DNA from: Lama glama
Taxonomy: Eukaryota
Length of the DNA stretch: 64,000 bases
NCBI GenBank assembly: GCA_028534125.1
Contig: CM052823.1
Location: 82,274,001-82,338,000, forward strand
Reading direction: 5' to 3'
Shown piece by piece: positions 26,426 through 39,635 of the stretch (within the stretch, counting starts at the first letter, position 1; every line of letters starts with the position of its first letter). The translations under genes were made by a program, and so were the position numbers. The notes below the pieces were generated by a model, which ran no database searches, was not told where the DNA came from, and worked only from the letters and a program-made list of their open reading frames with translations.

Positions 26426-27223
26426 AATTAGGGCCCATCAGAAATACTCGAGGGTCAAGGTCAACGTGCAGTTTACCAGCCTCACCTCTGCAAATGCTCA
26501 TCTGCTAGGCAATTTTGATATACAGTGAAGATTAAGGCCTGCTGGCAATGTCTCTATCCTATTGCTCTTGTCTCTCAAAATATGGTACTTGGGCCATCTG
26601 TATCTGCTGCTTGCAATAAGGACAGATTTCTGAGCAATACCTGAGCGTGTGGGATCAGAATCTTATGGGGGGAGGTAAGACCTGCAATCACTATTTTCAA
26701 TAAATTTCCCAGAGCATTCTTATGCAGGACAAAGTCCTAGGAAAAGGAATGATCCAGAAGGCAGGGCACAAGAGCTTCTGCTGTTGTTTTAACCCGTCTA
26801 GAATTCCTTCTCTAAAGCCCAAACTGACTTTTTAATCACACAAGTCTTGAACAGCCAATCTCTCTTATTTTCAGTCCGCGAGGCTTAGGTATGATTGGCC
26901 TTTTCAAAATTAAGCACATAACTGGGTCTAACCAATAGAAAATTCCCTTCCCCTGACCACTGTGAATGCTTTAAGGTTGGGTCTAGGACTCAAAGTTTGT
27001 CAGTGAGATCAGCACAATTTCTAGAATCACGGAAAGAGATGCTCTTTCTCCTGGGTTCCCAAGCTGTAGAGTGTGACTCTTGGGCCCCTGTTAGGTAGTC
27101 ATCTTTGCTAACATTTGGGGAAGTCTGCCAACAGAGAGGGAAGCTGGGGCGAGAGAAGGAGGGGAGGCGTACAGAGTTAGAGCTCCACACCCATCACAAA
27201 GGGATGAGAACATCGTGTTGAGT

Positions 27224-27480
27224 CAGTGTTTTAAAGCTGACTACAGCACAGCTTGACATCAGGTATTAAATGAAAAGTGAATTCAGGGTCAAGCCGTTTG
27301 TGAAACAGTGCATTGAACACATTTCCACAGAGTTCGCTTCTCAGGACTGCTCAGGTTCCTTAATGATGCCAAAGCGCACTGGGAGTTTCTAAGATGTGGC
27401 ATGTTACAGCCGTGGATTAAAAAAAAAAATGTCATGTTATGATATCGTGTCTCTTGGAAAAAACATGGGATAACAGTTTA
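27224..27480. mobile_element. Old hAT-Charlie-type MER element
   Basis: cagtgtttt start; colinear similarity to the copies at 44736 and 50126. Confidence 0.5.
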
Positions 27481-27768
27481 CAAAATGTTGCCACACTTAC
27501 CACTTTATTTAACCCTGCCAACAGTTTTGGAGGGCACACTGTTGGTACAGGTGAGGAAAACAAGGCTAGAGGAGAGGGTGAGATGCCCAAAGCTGCCCTC
27601 CAGCAGGTGGCCAATCCAGCCCGCAGGGACCAGCCACAGAGCAGGATGGCGGAGTGTAGGCATCCCTGTCTCCCAGCACTGTGGCCTTTCTGATTTTAAC
27701 TCTGCTACCCGAGGTGGAATTTCCTGGGAGGAGAACAAGCAAGGAGAGTTGATTTGCCTGTGTGGATA

Positions 27769-28293
27769 TGCCAGGTAGTTAGATAAGGTGGAGGAGAGGG
27801 AGGGTGGTTGGAAGATGGTGGCATGCCTGCCTTCAGCATAACGGCGATTTACTTCCTCTAAATGAGAGCCAGCAAGAAACTGGTTAGAACCTGACAGCCG
27901 CAACTACACAGTAACAGCAAGGACCTAACTGGACATGACCCAAGGCTTATTGTAATATAATTAGCATTGTGGTTTAGGCCCCTCCCATGGGTTTGTCTGT
28001 GTGCATTATGGGTAAGGACATGCGCAAAAGGGGACCAGCATGACTAAGCACTCCAGGGACAAGAGCCGTCAATCAAGAGAGCACCTCTAAGCAAGGATGT
28101 AAGAGAAGAGGACAAAGACTGCTGCCTTTTGTCCCTGGGATCAGCCCGCCTCCCGTTCTTCGAGGTGTGCTTTCCCTTGGCTGAAGAAACCTTTAAAAGC
28201 TTTCACTACACAATGCTTCATCTTCCATCTGAATTCTTATCTTTCAGCTTTGACAAGAACTGGGGTCTTTTCCCTTCCCCTTTTGGGGTAACA
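27769..28293 (+). mobile_element. ERV1-class solo LTR (525 bp)
   Basis: TG...CA termini (tgccaggtagttagataagg ... ggggtaaca) with 4-bp TSD GATA at 27765-27768 and 28294-28297; U5-like tgaattctt...gacaagaac. Confidence 0.8.
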
Positions 28294-30088
28294 GATATAG
28301 CAAGATTGCTGCAGATTATATGTATGTTAATTGACACAAACACGGTACAAATCAACACCTGGCCTTTCTTCTTTTGGGTGGCTCTACAGAAAAACTTTGC
28401 AGTGAACTTTACTCTAGGAAATCAGAAGTTAGAAAGGGAGTTCTTACAGGAATAATAAAAGGAAATCCTAACCTGTGTTTCTAATTTAAGTCAAGGTTCC
28501 CACGAGGTTAAAGAAAGTAAGGGTTGTCAGCTTGGAGCATCTCCTCTCCCTGGGGCCTGGGTACCATGAACCCCCTTCCTGGGCACATCCAGCCTGCTGC
28601 TGCTATGCCAGCAAAATCAGGGAGACCCAGGGATTCGTTTTAAGGATCAAATTTTGGAACTTTCATCCAAATCAGATTTTTTAAATGCCTCCCGGATTCA
28701 TCACGTGCTGAGGCCAAATCTATCTTTCTGTCAATGCTTGAGAAATTCAAAATGATAGAGCCAGAAAAGTCAACAGTGTTTTCTGATTAAAAACCCATGC
28801 CCTTTCTGCTATAGCACAGGAGAAGGATTTAACAGGAAAGGATAAAGTTGAAATACAAGCTTCACCGAGATTTGGTTGTGAGGCCTTAGGTAACTAACAC
28901 AACCTTTCTGGACCAGTTTCCTCAGCTATAAAATAGGGGAATTAGTGTCTGTTCTGCAAGAGTGTTATGGGGATGAAATATCACAGGTTATGTGAAATCT
29001 CATTTTGAAATGTATGACACGCGAGGCAAACGTTATTGACAATACTTAACTAAGTGTTCCTACTACTGTTCTACACCAAATAATCACTCTCACAGTAGAA
29101 ATAAATATCAGGGTATTAAATTGAGAGGAGAAGACAAAGGGAGATATAATAAACTTGAAACTCTCCCTCTATCATGTTATCCCTCACCCAGGTCTTAAAA
29201 ACAAACCAACCAACCAAAAAAACAAATGTAATCGTCTTTCTTATCCGAGACTTGATTTAGGAAAATGACAACAGACATTTCTAAAGTTCTACATCATTGA
29301 CAAAATGAGTTCACATCTATTACATTGTTTCATTAATTCACACAATATTTCCAAGGACGCCCTCTGTGCCAGGCTCTGTGTTGAGAACTAGTGAAGCCTT
29401 TAATCATCAAACACTCCCCTGGGGACCAAGCTGGAGCCAGCTGCAATCTCTGCCCAGGACGGGCAGGGGACACTCAGGGGCTTACCCGAGTTCCTAAACC
29501 CGAATCGTGCAGTGAGATCATGTCTTTGAAAAGAGTATTTTTCACAAGGTGTCCATTAGGGGATAGTCCCCCACTTTCTGACCACGGGCCACACTTTATG
29601 CTGAAATTACAGTTAGCACCATTTTCTTCTCTTTGAGGTTTCTCCTATTTTTACAGATCTAATTTGGCATTCAGCATCTGCCTTGCAGCTCTCAGAACCA
29701 AGATGCAGATACAGGCTCTAAGATGAACTCAGCAATTGAGTTCAACCAACATTTGATGGGATGCCCTTGAAGTTGAGGCAGGATGAAACTCTGTGATCTT
29801 CGCCACGTGGGTCACCCCGCTGAGGCCGGTCATGCCCAGGACACCCACACAGGTTCTCCGAAGCCCAGCGGAGCAACGGAGCCTTCTCTCATGCAGAGAA
29901 CATGTATGTAACCTAAAGGAAAACTTCAGCCTGTGTTCTCAAAGGTCTTCCTTTTCTACTGGGCCATATGAGCCGAGGAACACAGCAATCTCTTTTATTT
30001 TAATTGTGAAACATTTCAGCTAAAAAACATCCTCGTGGCTGGCATGTTTAATTGAGCTCCTGAGAGGCTGTGTCGGTGAGACTTCGGG

Positions 30089-30316
30089 NNNNNNNNNNNN
30101 NNNNNNNNNNNNNNNNNNNNNNNNNNNNNNNNNNNNNNNNNNNNNNNNNNNNNNNNNNNNNNNNNNNNNNNNNNNNNNNNNNNNNNNNNNNNNNNNNNNN
30201 NNNNNNNNNNNNNNNNNNNNNNNNNNNNNNNNNNNNNNNNNNNNNNNNNNNNNNNNNNNNNNNNNNNNNNNNNNNNNNNNNNNNNNNNNNNNNNNNNNNN
30301 NNNNNNNNNNNNNNNN
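30089..30316. other. N run, 228 nt (probably masked)
   Basis: Directly visible. Confidence 0.95.
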
Positions 30317-30893
30317 AAAAAGCCGCTATAAGGCTTGACTTGGGCTGGATGATTAGATGCAGTGTTTGGGCACTTGGTTTCTCTTATTTTTTTCATATTT
30401 ATATTTACCTGCAAGAGGTCTCTTTATTCATTCTTCAGATATGCAAAAAAGAAATGTCAGAGCTGAAGTTATTTTTAACCACCTGATTTAAGAAAGAAAA
30501 AAGGAGAGACACAGTCCCATTTCAGCCTACAGATCTGTTTGTTTTCAACGATTGGAAATGGTTTCCTTATTTCATTCCTTCTACTTTTTTTTTTTTTTTT
30601 CCTTCTGCATTTGCTGGTAAGTACCCTGGTTGAGATGAATTCACACCCTGGGGGGCAGGTGGATTCGAATATGAATGCCTGACCATTCTCTATTTGAAAA
30701 GGGCCTAAGTACCTAATCATAAAGAATAAAGTTCACCTCTTGTCCAGAAAGGGTCTCATTAAATGGTTTTCATTGGGAAATTTTAGGTTATCCAAATTTA
30801 ATGCTTCCTCGATTAATAGTTCAACTCAGCAAATATTACAAACAGGAAGAAGGCATTTTGACAATGCAGGCTAATGGCCTCCCTCTAATTCAC

Positions 30894-31065
30894 NNNNNNN
30901 NNNNNNNNNNNNNNNNNNNNNNNNNNNNNNNNNNNNNNNNNNNNNNNNNNNNNNNNNNNNNNNNNNNNNNNNNNNNNNNNNNNNNNNNNNNNNNNNNNNN
31001 NNNNNNNNNNNNNNNNNNNNNNNNNNNNNNNNNNNNNNNNNNNNNNNNNNNNNNNNNNNNNNNNN
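30894..31065. other. N run, 172 nt (probably masked)
   Basis: Directly visible. Confidence 0.95.
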
Positions 31066-31424
31066 GTGCTTAGAAAATGATGGATGGTGATTGTGAGCAT
31101 CTTGTCCATAAAAGACAAGACCTGAAATGTGCCTTTGGTCTGTTCTTGGTGCACAGTTCACAAACCCAAGCATTTGGTACTTTGGGTTTTCAGTGCTCCC
31201 TGTGGCCACTGGTTTCCTCATCACCAGAGCTCCCTGTGTCTCAACCGTCTTATCAAGGGTGGGGATGCTTCCCTGTCAAAGTCTGTGCCTGCTGGAAGGC
31301 CAGCCCCTGTAGCACACAGGTAGTACATGGTATTATTTTATGGGAGCCAGAAGATTTTATATCCCTGACCCTATTTCTTCTCTCCAATTAAATTTGTCCA
31401 TTAAACATTTGAATTGGTGAAATC

Positions 31425-31585
31425 CAAACCAAGTCTTTAGTTCATTCTATTGTACCAAGGTTAGTTTCTTAGTGTTGACAAATGTACCATGGTTATTTAA
31501 GATAACACTAGGGGAAGCTGCGTACTATTTCTGCAACTGTTCTGTAAATAGAAAATGACTTCAAAATAAAAAGTTTAAAAAAAAC
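31425..31585 (+). mobile_element. Old L1 (L1MC-like) 3' end
   Basis: attgtaccaaggttagtttcttagtgttgacaaatgtaccatggttat...tcaaaataaaaagtttaaaaaaaa. Confidence 0.8.
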
Positions 31586-31724
31586 TTTCTATCTGCAATC
31601 TAAAAATCTGGTAGTATCTTTATAAGAGTCCTCTATTAAAGTCCACTCAAGAAGGACCAACCTGAGCCTGAAGCCTGTGGGGTCGGCAGTCGGGTATTTG
31701 CGGCGGGGAGAGGAAATGGCGGCA

Positions 31725-31920
31725 TCCTGGAGTCAGGTCCTGGCTCTGACATGCACCAGCTGGGAACCTCGGACAAGCCCCTTAATCTCTCTGCATCCCA
31801 ATTTCCTCATCTGATTGGAGGTATCATCAACAGTGCTGCCCTTTCAGGGCTCAGAAAGGAACAAATGTGAAAAAAATGACTATGCTTTGGGAAACTAAAC
31901 AGCTGTACAGATTTTTATTA
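31725..31920 (+). mobile_element. MIR SINE
   Basis: ctggagtcagg...cctcggacaagccccttaatctctctgcatcccaatttcctcatctg. Confidence 0.75.
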
Positions 31921-33621
31921 AACACCTCTGATGGAGGTGAGTGTCCAGAGCAAGACAGAACCATAGCATGAACAATACCTTAAGATATTATAGAAAGCAG
32001 GGAAAGTGTCTTTGGTGCTAAGTCGCCCAGTCTGTCTTCACAGATGAGAAACCCAAAGCGCAGCAAGTGACTCGTCCAAGGGTCCTGGTCAGAAAGAGAA
32101 CTCACACCTCCTGCTTCCTTAGCCTGTGCTTCTCCCACTGGGCTGGGACATTTCCCAATCTTGTGTTCAAGACAAGCCCTGACAAAGGTCAAGCAAATGA
32201 TGTGCTGGGTGTTTCCTTTCCAGTTTCGATATGAAAAGCACCACCACCTCCACCCTAACTTTTAAGATGTTATTAGTATGTAATCACACAGGCTTTCCAA
32301 ATAGGCTTGCCTGTTGAGGGTGACCTCGTTATTAATGCAGAGAAAAGTGGTCAAATTAAGTGCAATCAGAGGACTGCACAGACGTGGGAATTCCAACAAC
32401 CTGATGACAGCCAGCTGTGTACAACATCCCTCCAGACCTGTCCTGCAATGCCTGAGACTAAACACCCTGAAATCTAGGCTCATCTAAAACCAGAAACCCC
32501 TACCAGTTTCTGTTTCCCTTGCAACATCACTCTCCTCACAGTTCTCCAGGTACCAAACCTTAAGAGTCACTTTTCTCTTTTTCTGTAACTGTTAACGTCT
32601 TAGCTAAGCTCCTCTTGGGAGTAGAGTCTGAGTTTGACTCATCTTCACAAATTCCCCAGCACCTCACAGGATGCCTGATGCCTCTCTCATATCAGGTGTT
32701 CAAGACTGTTGCATGAACGTATCTACGGGAAAGCTCTTTCGTGAAATCTTTCAAAAGCTTGTCCTGGGCTTCCTCAAGGTCCCAAAGAAAGAGGGTTTCT
32801 CTCTGCTTCTTTTCACACCTGAAATTGAGCCATATTAAGAGAGAAACTAAGCCATTCCACTGCAAGGTGGGCTAATGGATTGATTACTCTGCATAAATCA
32901 GAGCTCAAAAGAATACTTAGAAAAGAATCTTTCCAACTGGCGGGTTAAAGGAGTCTGCATTCTTTACTATTAAACATTTCCACTGTAGGTTACTCTAAAT
33001 CTCATTAATGGGTTACATGTTTGCTAGTCTAGTCTGTAAGTATGTCCGTTTATCTCCACACTGTAATTTATATCATGCTGTTTACCTTCTCTGTGTTAAC
33101 ATCCCATACTGGTAATTCAATATCTGAATGTGTACTTTTGGAAATAGTCAAATAATCAAACGCAAGTTGGCTCAACATTTTGAATGCTGCACCCAGCAAA
33201 AGTTCAAGGTATGGAAGAGGGATCTGGTTGAAATTTTAAATAGGCTTCCAAGCTGGGCAGTAAAGGTGAGAGTTTGCAACTAGTCAAGATAAACGTATCC
33301 TTTACCTGGATTTCTTGGAACAGAGGACTGACGTGGGAACAGTGGCTTAGTCTACTCAGCTTTCAAGAGCAAAGCTTTCCCTGGAACTGCGCCATCAAGG
33401 GGAAGATTTGGGGAAGGGTCATCTTGGCTGACAGTAACTGAGAGAGTTCCGGTACATTTTTGTGTATCCACTAAGCCCTGGATTCATTTATTCAAGCCAA
33501 TTTATTTGTGAAAGATGGAGATGGAATCAATAGGAAAGATGAAAGTCCCAGTGCTCATCCAGTACAAGCACAGAGAGTCAAAAGTTCTGGGCTGCGTAAG
33601 AGAAAAAAAAGAGTAGCACTC

Positions 33622-34155
33622 TTTATCAAGGATAAAAATTTCTGTTGCTTTTAGTGGCACCTAACAGACCTGACATCAGATGGCTTAATAAAAAAGGAAA
33701 CGCATTACCTGATGAGCAAATCTGGGGTTGGGCGGCCCCAGCAGCAGCTCGGGGTTGCCATGAAAGGCCCGGGTCCTCCCCAGCCTTTCCCTCCGCCAGT
33801 GTCAACGTGTCAGCTTTGCCCTCAGACTGGCTCCCTTCGTGGGCCAGCAAATACAGGTTCCCTTCCACAGGAAGAAGCGGGCTACTTCTTCATGTCTCTT
33901 TGTAAGAGAAAGCATCGTTTCTAGAAGCCCAAAGCAGATGTCCACTCCAGCTGCATCAGTTATAGCTCGGACACACGCCTTTTCCTCTCACGGCAATGGA
34001 AATGAGACCACCAGGCTCGGGTTAGCCTAATCAGGATTCACCTTTGCACTGTGGTCACGTTCCCTGAGGAGTAGACCCCTAAATGAACTTGAGTTTATAT
34101 TTACAAGAAAAACGGGAGGGTCAGACGTTGGTGAGTAAGCCACTGTGGAACACAC
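33622..34155 (-). mobile_element. Old MLT1-type (MaLR) LTR
   Basis: gatggcttaataaaaaaggaaacgcatt...agagaaagcatcgtttctagaagccc...ggcaatggaaatgagaccacc. Confidence 0.6.
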
Positions 34156-34861
34156 ACTCTGTAGCGTGACGTGGGAGCCACATCTCTACGACGGGGCTCT
34201 TCTGCCACATCTGTTAGGCAGATGCTAAGAGATCAGTCATTCTCACGCCCTATGGGCAGCCTTCTTAATTAGAGACAGAAAGGGGGAGATGAAATTACCC
34301 TAGGAAATGTTCTTCAACCTCTGACTTTACATGTGAATCATAAAAAGGGCTTTTACTCATGGGATCATACACAGAGATGACAATTAGGTACCTGCTTCTC
34401 TGAGAGCTTAGAAACCAAGTCTGTACACGCTGTGTGACTAGCTAGGGGAGAAAGCAAGGAGCCTGGGTTTAGGGAGCTCCAACATTTGGTCAAAGTGATC
34501 TGGGATGCAGTCCTTAAAGATGGACCAGAGATGGGGTTATAATTCCATCAGCCAAAACCTAATGAACACCACTGCATTCTGTTAAGAGAAAGAGGTATAT
34601 AGAGAGGGGTTTAGAAAAATCAAAGCATATTTTACAAAGGAGACTCCTGGAGGCAATCACTGTCTGTGCCCACCCATGGACTGCTGCAGGGAAGCTCTCC
34701 TTGGCGAGGTAAGAGCGCCTCACACCTGGTACTGAGAGCTGAGAGTCTCTCTCTGACATCAACAAGCCTCTGATAAGTGGGTCTGTTAGCTTCTCCTACC
34801 TGAGATGGATGCACTGGGAGGGCATGTGCGAGCAATCAGACCTCTAGGCAGGCAGACTTCT

Positions 34862-35223
34862 TGCAGTGGCCTGAATGTTTGTGTCCCCAACCTCCAACTT
34901 CATGTGTTGAAATCCAAACCCCCAAAGTGATGGTATTAGGAGGTGTGTCTTGGGGAGGCGATCAGGTCACGGAGCAGAGCCCTCATGAATGGGATTAGTG
35001 CCCTTATAAGAGGGCTGAGAAAGCTCCCCTGCCCCTTCCGCCATGTTGAGGCTACAACAAAAAGGCCGCTGTCAATGAGGAGTTGAGCTCTCACCAGACG
35101 TGGGATCTGCTGGTGCCTTGACCTGGGCTTCGCAGCTTCCAGAACTGTGAGAAATTCAGACATATTTTTTATATGCCGCCTAGCCTCTGGTATTTTGTTA
35201 AAGCAGCCCAACACACTAAGCCA
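34862..35223 (+). mobile_element. MLT1A0-type MaLR solo LTR
   Basis: tgcagtggcctgaatgtttgtgtcccc...gccctcatgaatgggattagtgcccttataaga...actaagcca; 5-bp TSD CTTCT at 34857-34861 and 35224-35228. Confidence 0.92.
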
Positions 35224-36439
35224 CTTCTCACTGTAAACTAATGCACTTACTTCCTGATACTGTAACAGATACTAGGATTCCCATGTGTATGTAGCAGAGT
35301 TACATACAGACACACCTGCATGCCAGTGTGTGTGTGTGTATGTATAATTTTTTCAGTGATTGTCATCTTTTCCCCAGAGATAGATACACTCCAGGTCAGC
35401 GGACAAAATCCAAAGACACACAGACGTGGTGAGCTCACTGAGGCAAGCATCACTTGCAGTCTCTCAACTGGTGATTCAATCAGTTGTTTTTGTCATCCTC
35501 CATAATTAGGAATTCTCCAGACCATCAATTGATAAATAATGGAAATATTCTGATGATCTTTGTTTAATAAGACAAGAAAACTTTATGCCATTTTTATGCC
35601 AAATGTCTTCAACTAATTCAGCTTGACAAAATCTACAAAGCTTACCACCGTAAAACCTTACTCAACTAAAAAATCCAGCCAATAATTTTTATTTGCTGGC
35701 TACATTTAAGTTTTACAAGAAAGAGGCCACTCAGATAAGCTTATATCAAGTGTTTCATTTTTAAAGCCACTTCTCTGGGATCTATATTCAGCCCAATCTT
35801 CTATACCTTCTTTCTCTCCACCCACAGGCTCTGAGATGCTAGTTCACAATATGACTAGGGAGTGGGGCAGGCTGCAGATATCTCAAGCGCCAAGAAAAAT
35901 TTCAAGTACTTCCTTCCACAAGACTGTAACATGAAAAAAAAAAAAAAACTAAGAGGCATCTCAACAAGAATTGCAACCCAAAGTGTTTCTGATTAATGTT
36001 TGGGCAATTTATCAAAGCCCTGAGCAATCTGTTCCTAACATAGAGCTGTTTCTTGTAGCCATTGACGTGTTGTTCTTCCAGCAGATGCAAACCCTTCAGA
36101 TGGGCCTTCCCTTTTGGAGAGCTCTGTCCTTATTAAAACACAGTCTGTGGTCTTAATTTATTCAAATTTGCACTCCCTAGCCCCTGGCACACAGAGGGCA
36201 CTCCTTTAAAATGGCAATGAACAGTCATTGCTAAAGGTTGTGGGGTTTCCTGTAGGTATAAGGAGTTTCTCACTATGAACCTGCAACACGCGGGAAACCA
36301 AATGTCAAGACAGGTTCGCTGATTAACTGGGAAGATTAACTTTCTTCCCCAATATCGAACGTGGATGCAACATTGAAAATAAAGACATTCCTATCTTCCA
36401 GTTTGGCTGCAAAACAAAGCTGCTTGCTTCACTTCAAAA

Positions 36440-36550
36440 TTTGGGGGGGGGGGTAGAGGGTGGGAAGGGATAGACTGGGATTTCAAAATTGTAGAATAGA
36501 TAAACAAGATTACACTGTATAGCACAGGGAAATATACACAAAATGTTATG
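36440..36550 (+). mobile_element. Young artiodactyl/camelid L1 3' UTR running into a gap
   Basis: gggaagggatagactgggatttcaaaattgtagaatagataaacaagattacactgtatagcacagggaaatata; closely similar to 47595-47700. Confidence 0.9.
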
Positions 36551-37050
36551 NNNNNNNNNNNNNNNNNNNNNNNNNNNNNNNNNNNNNNNNNNNNNNNNNN
36601 NNNNNNNNNNNNNNNNNNNNNNNNNNNNNNNNNNNNNNNNNNNNNNNNNNNNNNNNNNNNNNNNNNNNNNNNNNNNNNNNNNNNNNNNNNNNNNNNNNNN
36701 NNNNNNNNNNNNNNNNNNNNNNNNNNNNNNNNNNNNNNNNNNNNNNNNNNNNNNNNNNNNNNNNNNNNNNNNNNNNNNNNNNNNNNNNNNNNNNNNNNNN
36801 NNNNNNNNNNNNNNNNNNNNNNNNNNNNNNNNNNNNNNNNNNNNNNNNNNNNNNNNNNNNNNNNNNNNNNNNNNNNNNNNNNNNNNNNNNNNNNNNNNNN
36901 NNNNNNNNNNNNNNNNNNNNNNNNNNNNNNNNNNNNNNNNNNNNNNNNNNNNNNNNNNNNNNNNNNNNNNNNNNNNNNNNNNNNNNNNNNNNNNNNNNNN
37001 NNNNNNNNNNNNNNNNNNNNNNNNNNNNNNNNNNNNNNNNNNNNNNNNNN
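36551..37050. other. Scaffold gap, exactly 500 N
   Basis: Fixed size; the L1 pieces on either side are not colinear (3' UTR on the left, ORF2 on the right). Confidence 0.9.
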
Positions 37051-38166
37051 TAGAAGAATCAATATTTAAAATGACCATACTACCCAAGGCAATCTACAGA
37101 TTCACTGCAATTCCTATCTAGTTACCAATGGCATTTTTNNNNNNNNNNNNNNNNNNNNNNNNNNNNNNNNNNNNNNNNNNNNNNNNNNNNNNNNNNNNNN
37201 NNNNNNNNNNNNNNNNNNNNNNNNNNNNNNNNNNNNNNNNNNNNNNNNNNNNNNNNNNNNNNNNNNNNNNNNNNNNNNNNNNNNNNNNNNNNNNNNNNNA
37301 CAGACACAGGTCAATGGAGCAGGATAGAAAGTCCAGAAATAAACCCACACACTTATGGTCAATGAATCTACAGTAAAGGAGGCAAGAACATACAATGGAG
37401 AAAAGACAGTCTTTTCAATAAATGGTGCTGAGAAAACTGGACAGCTACTTGTAAAAGAATAAAATTAGAACATTCTCTAACACCATATACAAAAATAAAT
37501 TCAAAATGGATTAAAGACCTAAATATAAAATCATGTACTATAAAACTTCTAGAAGAAAACATAGGCAGAACACTCTCGGACATAAATTGCAGCAATATAT
37601 TTTTTGGATCCATCTCCTATAGTAATGGGAATGAGAGCAAAAATAAACAATTTGGAGNNNNNNNNNNNNNNNNNNNNNNNNNNNNNNNNNNNNNNNNNNN
37701 NNNNNNNNNNNNNNNNNNNNNNNNNNNNNNNNNNNNNNNNNNNNNNNNNNNNNNNNNNNNNNNNNNNNNNNNNNNNNNNNNNNNNNNNNNNNNNNNNCCT
37801 CAATATCAAAAAATAACCNNNNNNNNNNNNNNNNNNNNNNNNNNNNNNNNNNNNNNNNNNNNNNNNNNNNNNNNNNNNNNNNNNNNNNNNNNNNNNNNNN
37901 NNNNNNNNNNNNNNNNNNNNNNNNNNNNNNNNNNNNNNNNNNNNNNNNNNNNNNNNNNNNNNNNNCCAGTCAGAATGACCATCATCAGGAAGTCTCCAAA
38001 TAATAAATGCTGAAGAGGGTGAAGAGAAAAGGGAACCCTCCTATTTATATTGTATATAAAATAGATAAACAACAAGGATCTACTGAACAGAACAAGGAAC
38101 TATATTCAGTATCTTTTAATAACCTATAATGGAAAAGAATCTGAAAAAACACATATGTATATTATT

Positions 38167-38207
<41 letters not shown>

Positions 38208-38255
38208 TGAATCACTTTGCTGTACACCTGAAACTAATACAACATTGTAAATCAA
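37051..38255 (+). mobile_element. L1 ORF2 3' part plus 3' UTR; three internal N runs, internal deletion near 38042, (TA)n near 38172-38204
   Basis: Translates to ORF2-like MTILPKAIYRFTAIPI; standard L1 motifs downstream; contains stops and frameshifts. Confidence 0.92.
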
Positions 38256-38710
38256 GACTTTGGATTTTGTCCTAGAAGTAGTGGGAAGCCACTGAAGAAC
38301 TTTGAGCAGGGAAATCAATGCCTTTGACCAGCTGCTTGGCTTGAAGGCAAGCCAAGGATGAAGCAGGGAGGTCAGTGAGTATCTCTGTGGTTCAAAACAT
38401 GACTGTGGTTAGGACAAGAGCTGGGGCCAAGGAGATGAAGGAAACTTGACATGTTTGAGAGGGATTTGGGAGTAGAAATGACAAAATGATTGGTTGTGAA
38501 AATGAAGGAGAGGAAGTATGCAAGAATGACTCCTAGATTTCTGGTTCAAGCAAGTGGTGGCGGGGGAGGTGTCAGTAAATGAAATGGGAAGGCCAGGGGA
38601 CTGGCAGGTGGGGGGTGGCAGAGCAAGGGATCAGTCTAGACAAACTGTTAAATGAGATGACATGTTGGGATGTCTTGTTGATGGCCTAGAGATCAAAAGA
38701 AAGGTCATGT
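38256..38710 (-). mobile_element. L2 LINE fragment
   Basis: gactttggattttgtcctagaagtagtgggaagccactgaagaactttgagcaggg...aagaatgactcctagatttctggttcaagcaa. Confidence 0.85.
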
Positions 38711-39176
38711 TTATTTTAATTATTTATTGCTTTTAATGAGAATTCAAAAATGTTCTAGGTTTTTAACAACCAAGAATTCTCATAAGAAAATGATTGTGTG
38801 TAGATTTTACTAATGGGTTTGGCTCCATACTGTTTCATGTACGGCAGGAAGGCACAGTCAGCTCTTTCCAGGACTCTCCCTTATAATTTAAGTCCTTTAA
38901 ACGTGTATAACTAAACACCATCCCTTTAATATTTCCAAGTCAGCATCTGATACACAATTCATTGTCCTTGGATCCTCATCAAGTTTCCAGTGTTGAGATG
39001 CTCAAAGTACACTGATAGAAAAAAACTGGAAAAAATACACCAACATAAACAGCTGTTACCAGTAGATGGTCAGATAATGAATGATTTTTAGGTTCAGTTT
39101 TCAAATTTCCAAGTGTCTGATTAAAAAAACTTGCTTTAATGGTATGATATGGCTTTGCCATCTTTCTAGTTTATGT

Positions 39177-39357
39177 TCTTTTTTAAAAAATTTTTTTAAC
39201 ACTTTATTTTGTTTCCTTGTTTTTTCAGGGGGGAGCAGGGGGAGGCAGTTAGGATTGATTGATTATTTACTTATTTATTTTAATGGAGGTACTGGGGATT
39301 GAACCAGGACCTTGTGCATGGTAAGCATGCACTCTACCACTGAGCTATACCCTCCCC
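39177..39357 (-). mobile_element. tRNA-derived camelid SINE (Vic-1 type)
   Basis: Reverse strand reads GGGGAGGGTATAGCTCAGTGGTAGAGTGCATGCTTACCATGCACAAGGTCCTGGTTCAATCCCCAGTACCTCCATTAAAATAAAT (A and B boxes, A-rich tail); TSD ctagtttatgt at 39166-39176 and 39360-39370. Confidence 0.9.
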
Positions 39358-39635
39358 TGCTAGTTTATGTGCTGAAGAAAATAAAATGTGGTTTTATTAG
39401 CAACACTAACTAGAAGCTGGAACTACTCAATTTAGTAGCACATTTGTTGAGTGAATGAGTTGTTCTCATGAATAAAGGGCAACTTGATTATTTTATTTTA
39501 ACTTTTTTCATTTTTGTAGTGGTATTACTGCCTTAGTATCTCGCTAACACTTTATTTTTAAGCATTGGTATATTCATTTCTATTCTTTCTATCTAAGGAA
39601 TTACAAAAAGTTTTAGGAAGAAAACACCAAGGGTA

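Noticed and set aside
39285-39357. Apparent tRNA gene on the minus strand
   Set aside because: It is the head of a SINE with an A-rich tail and TSD
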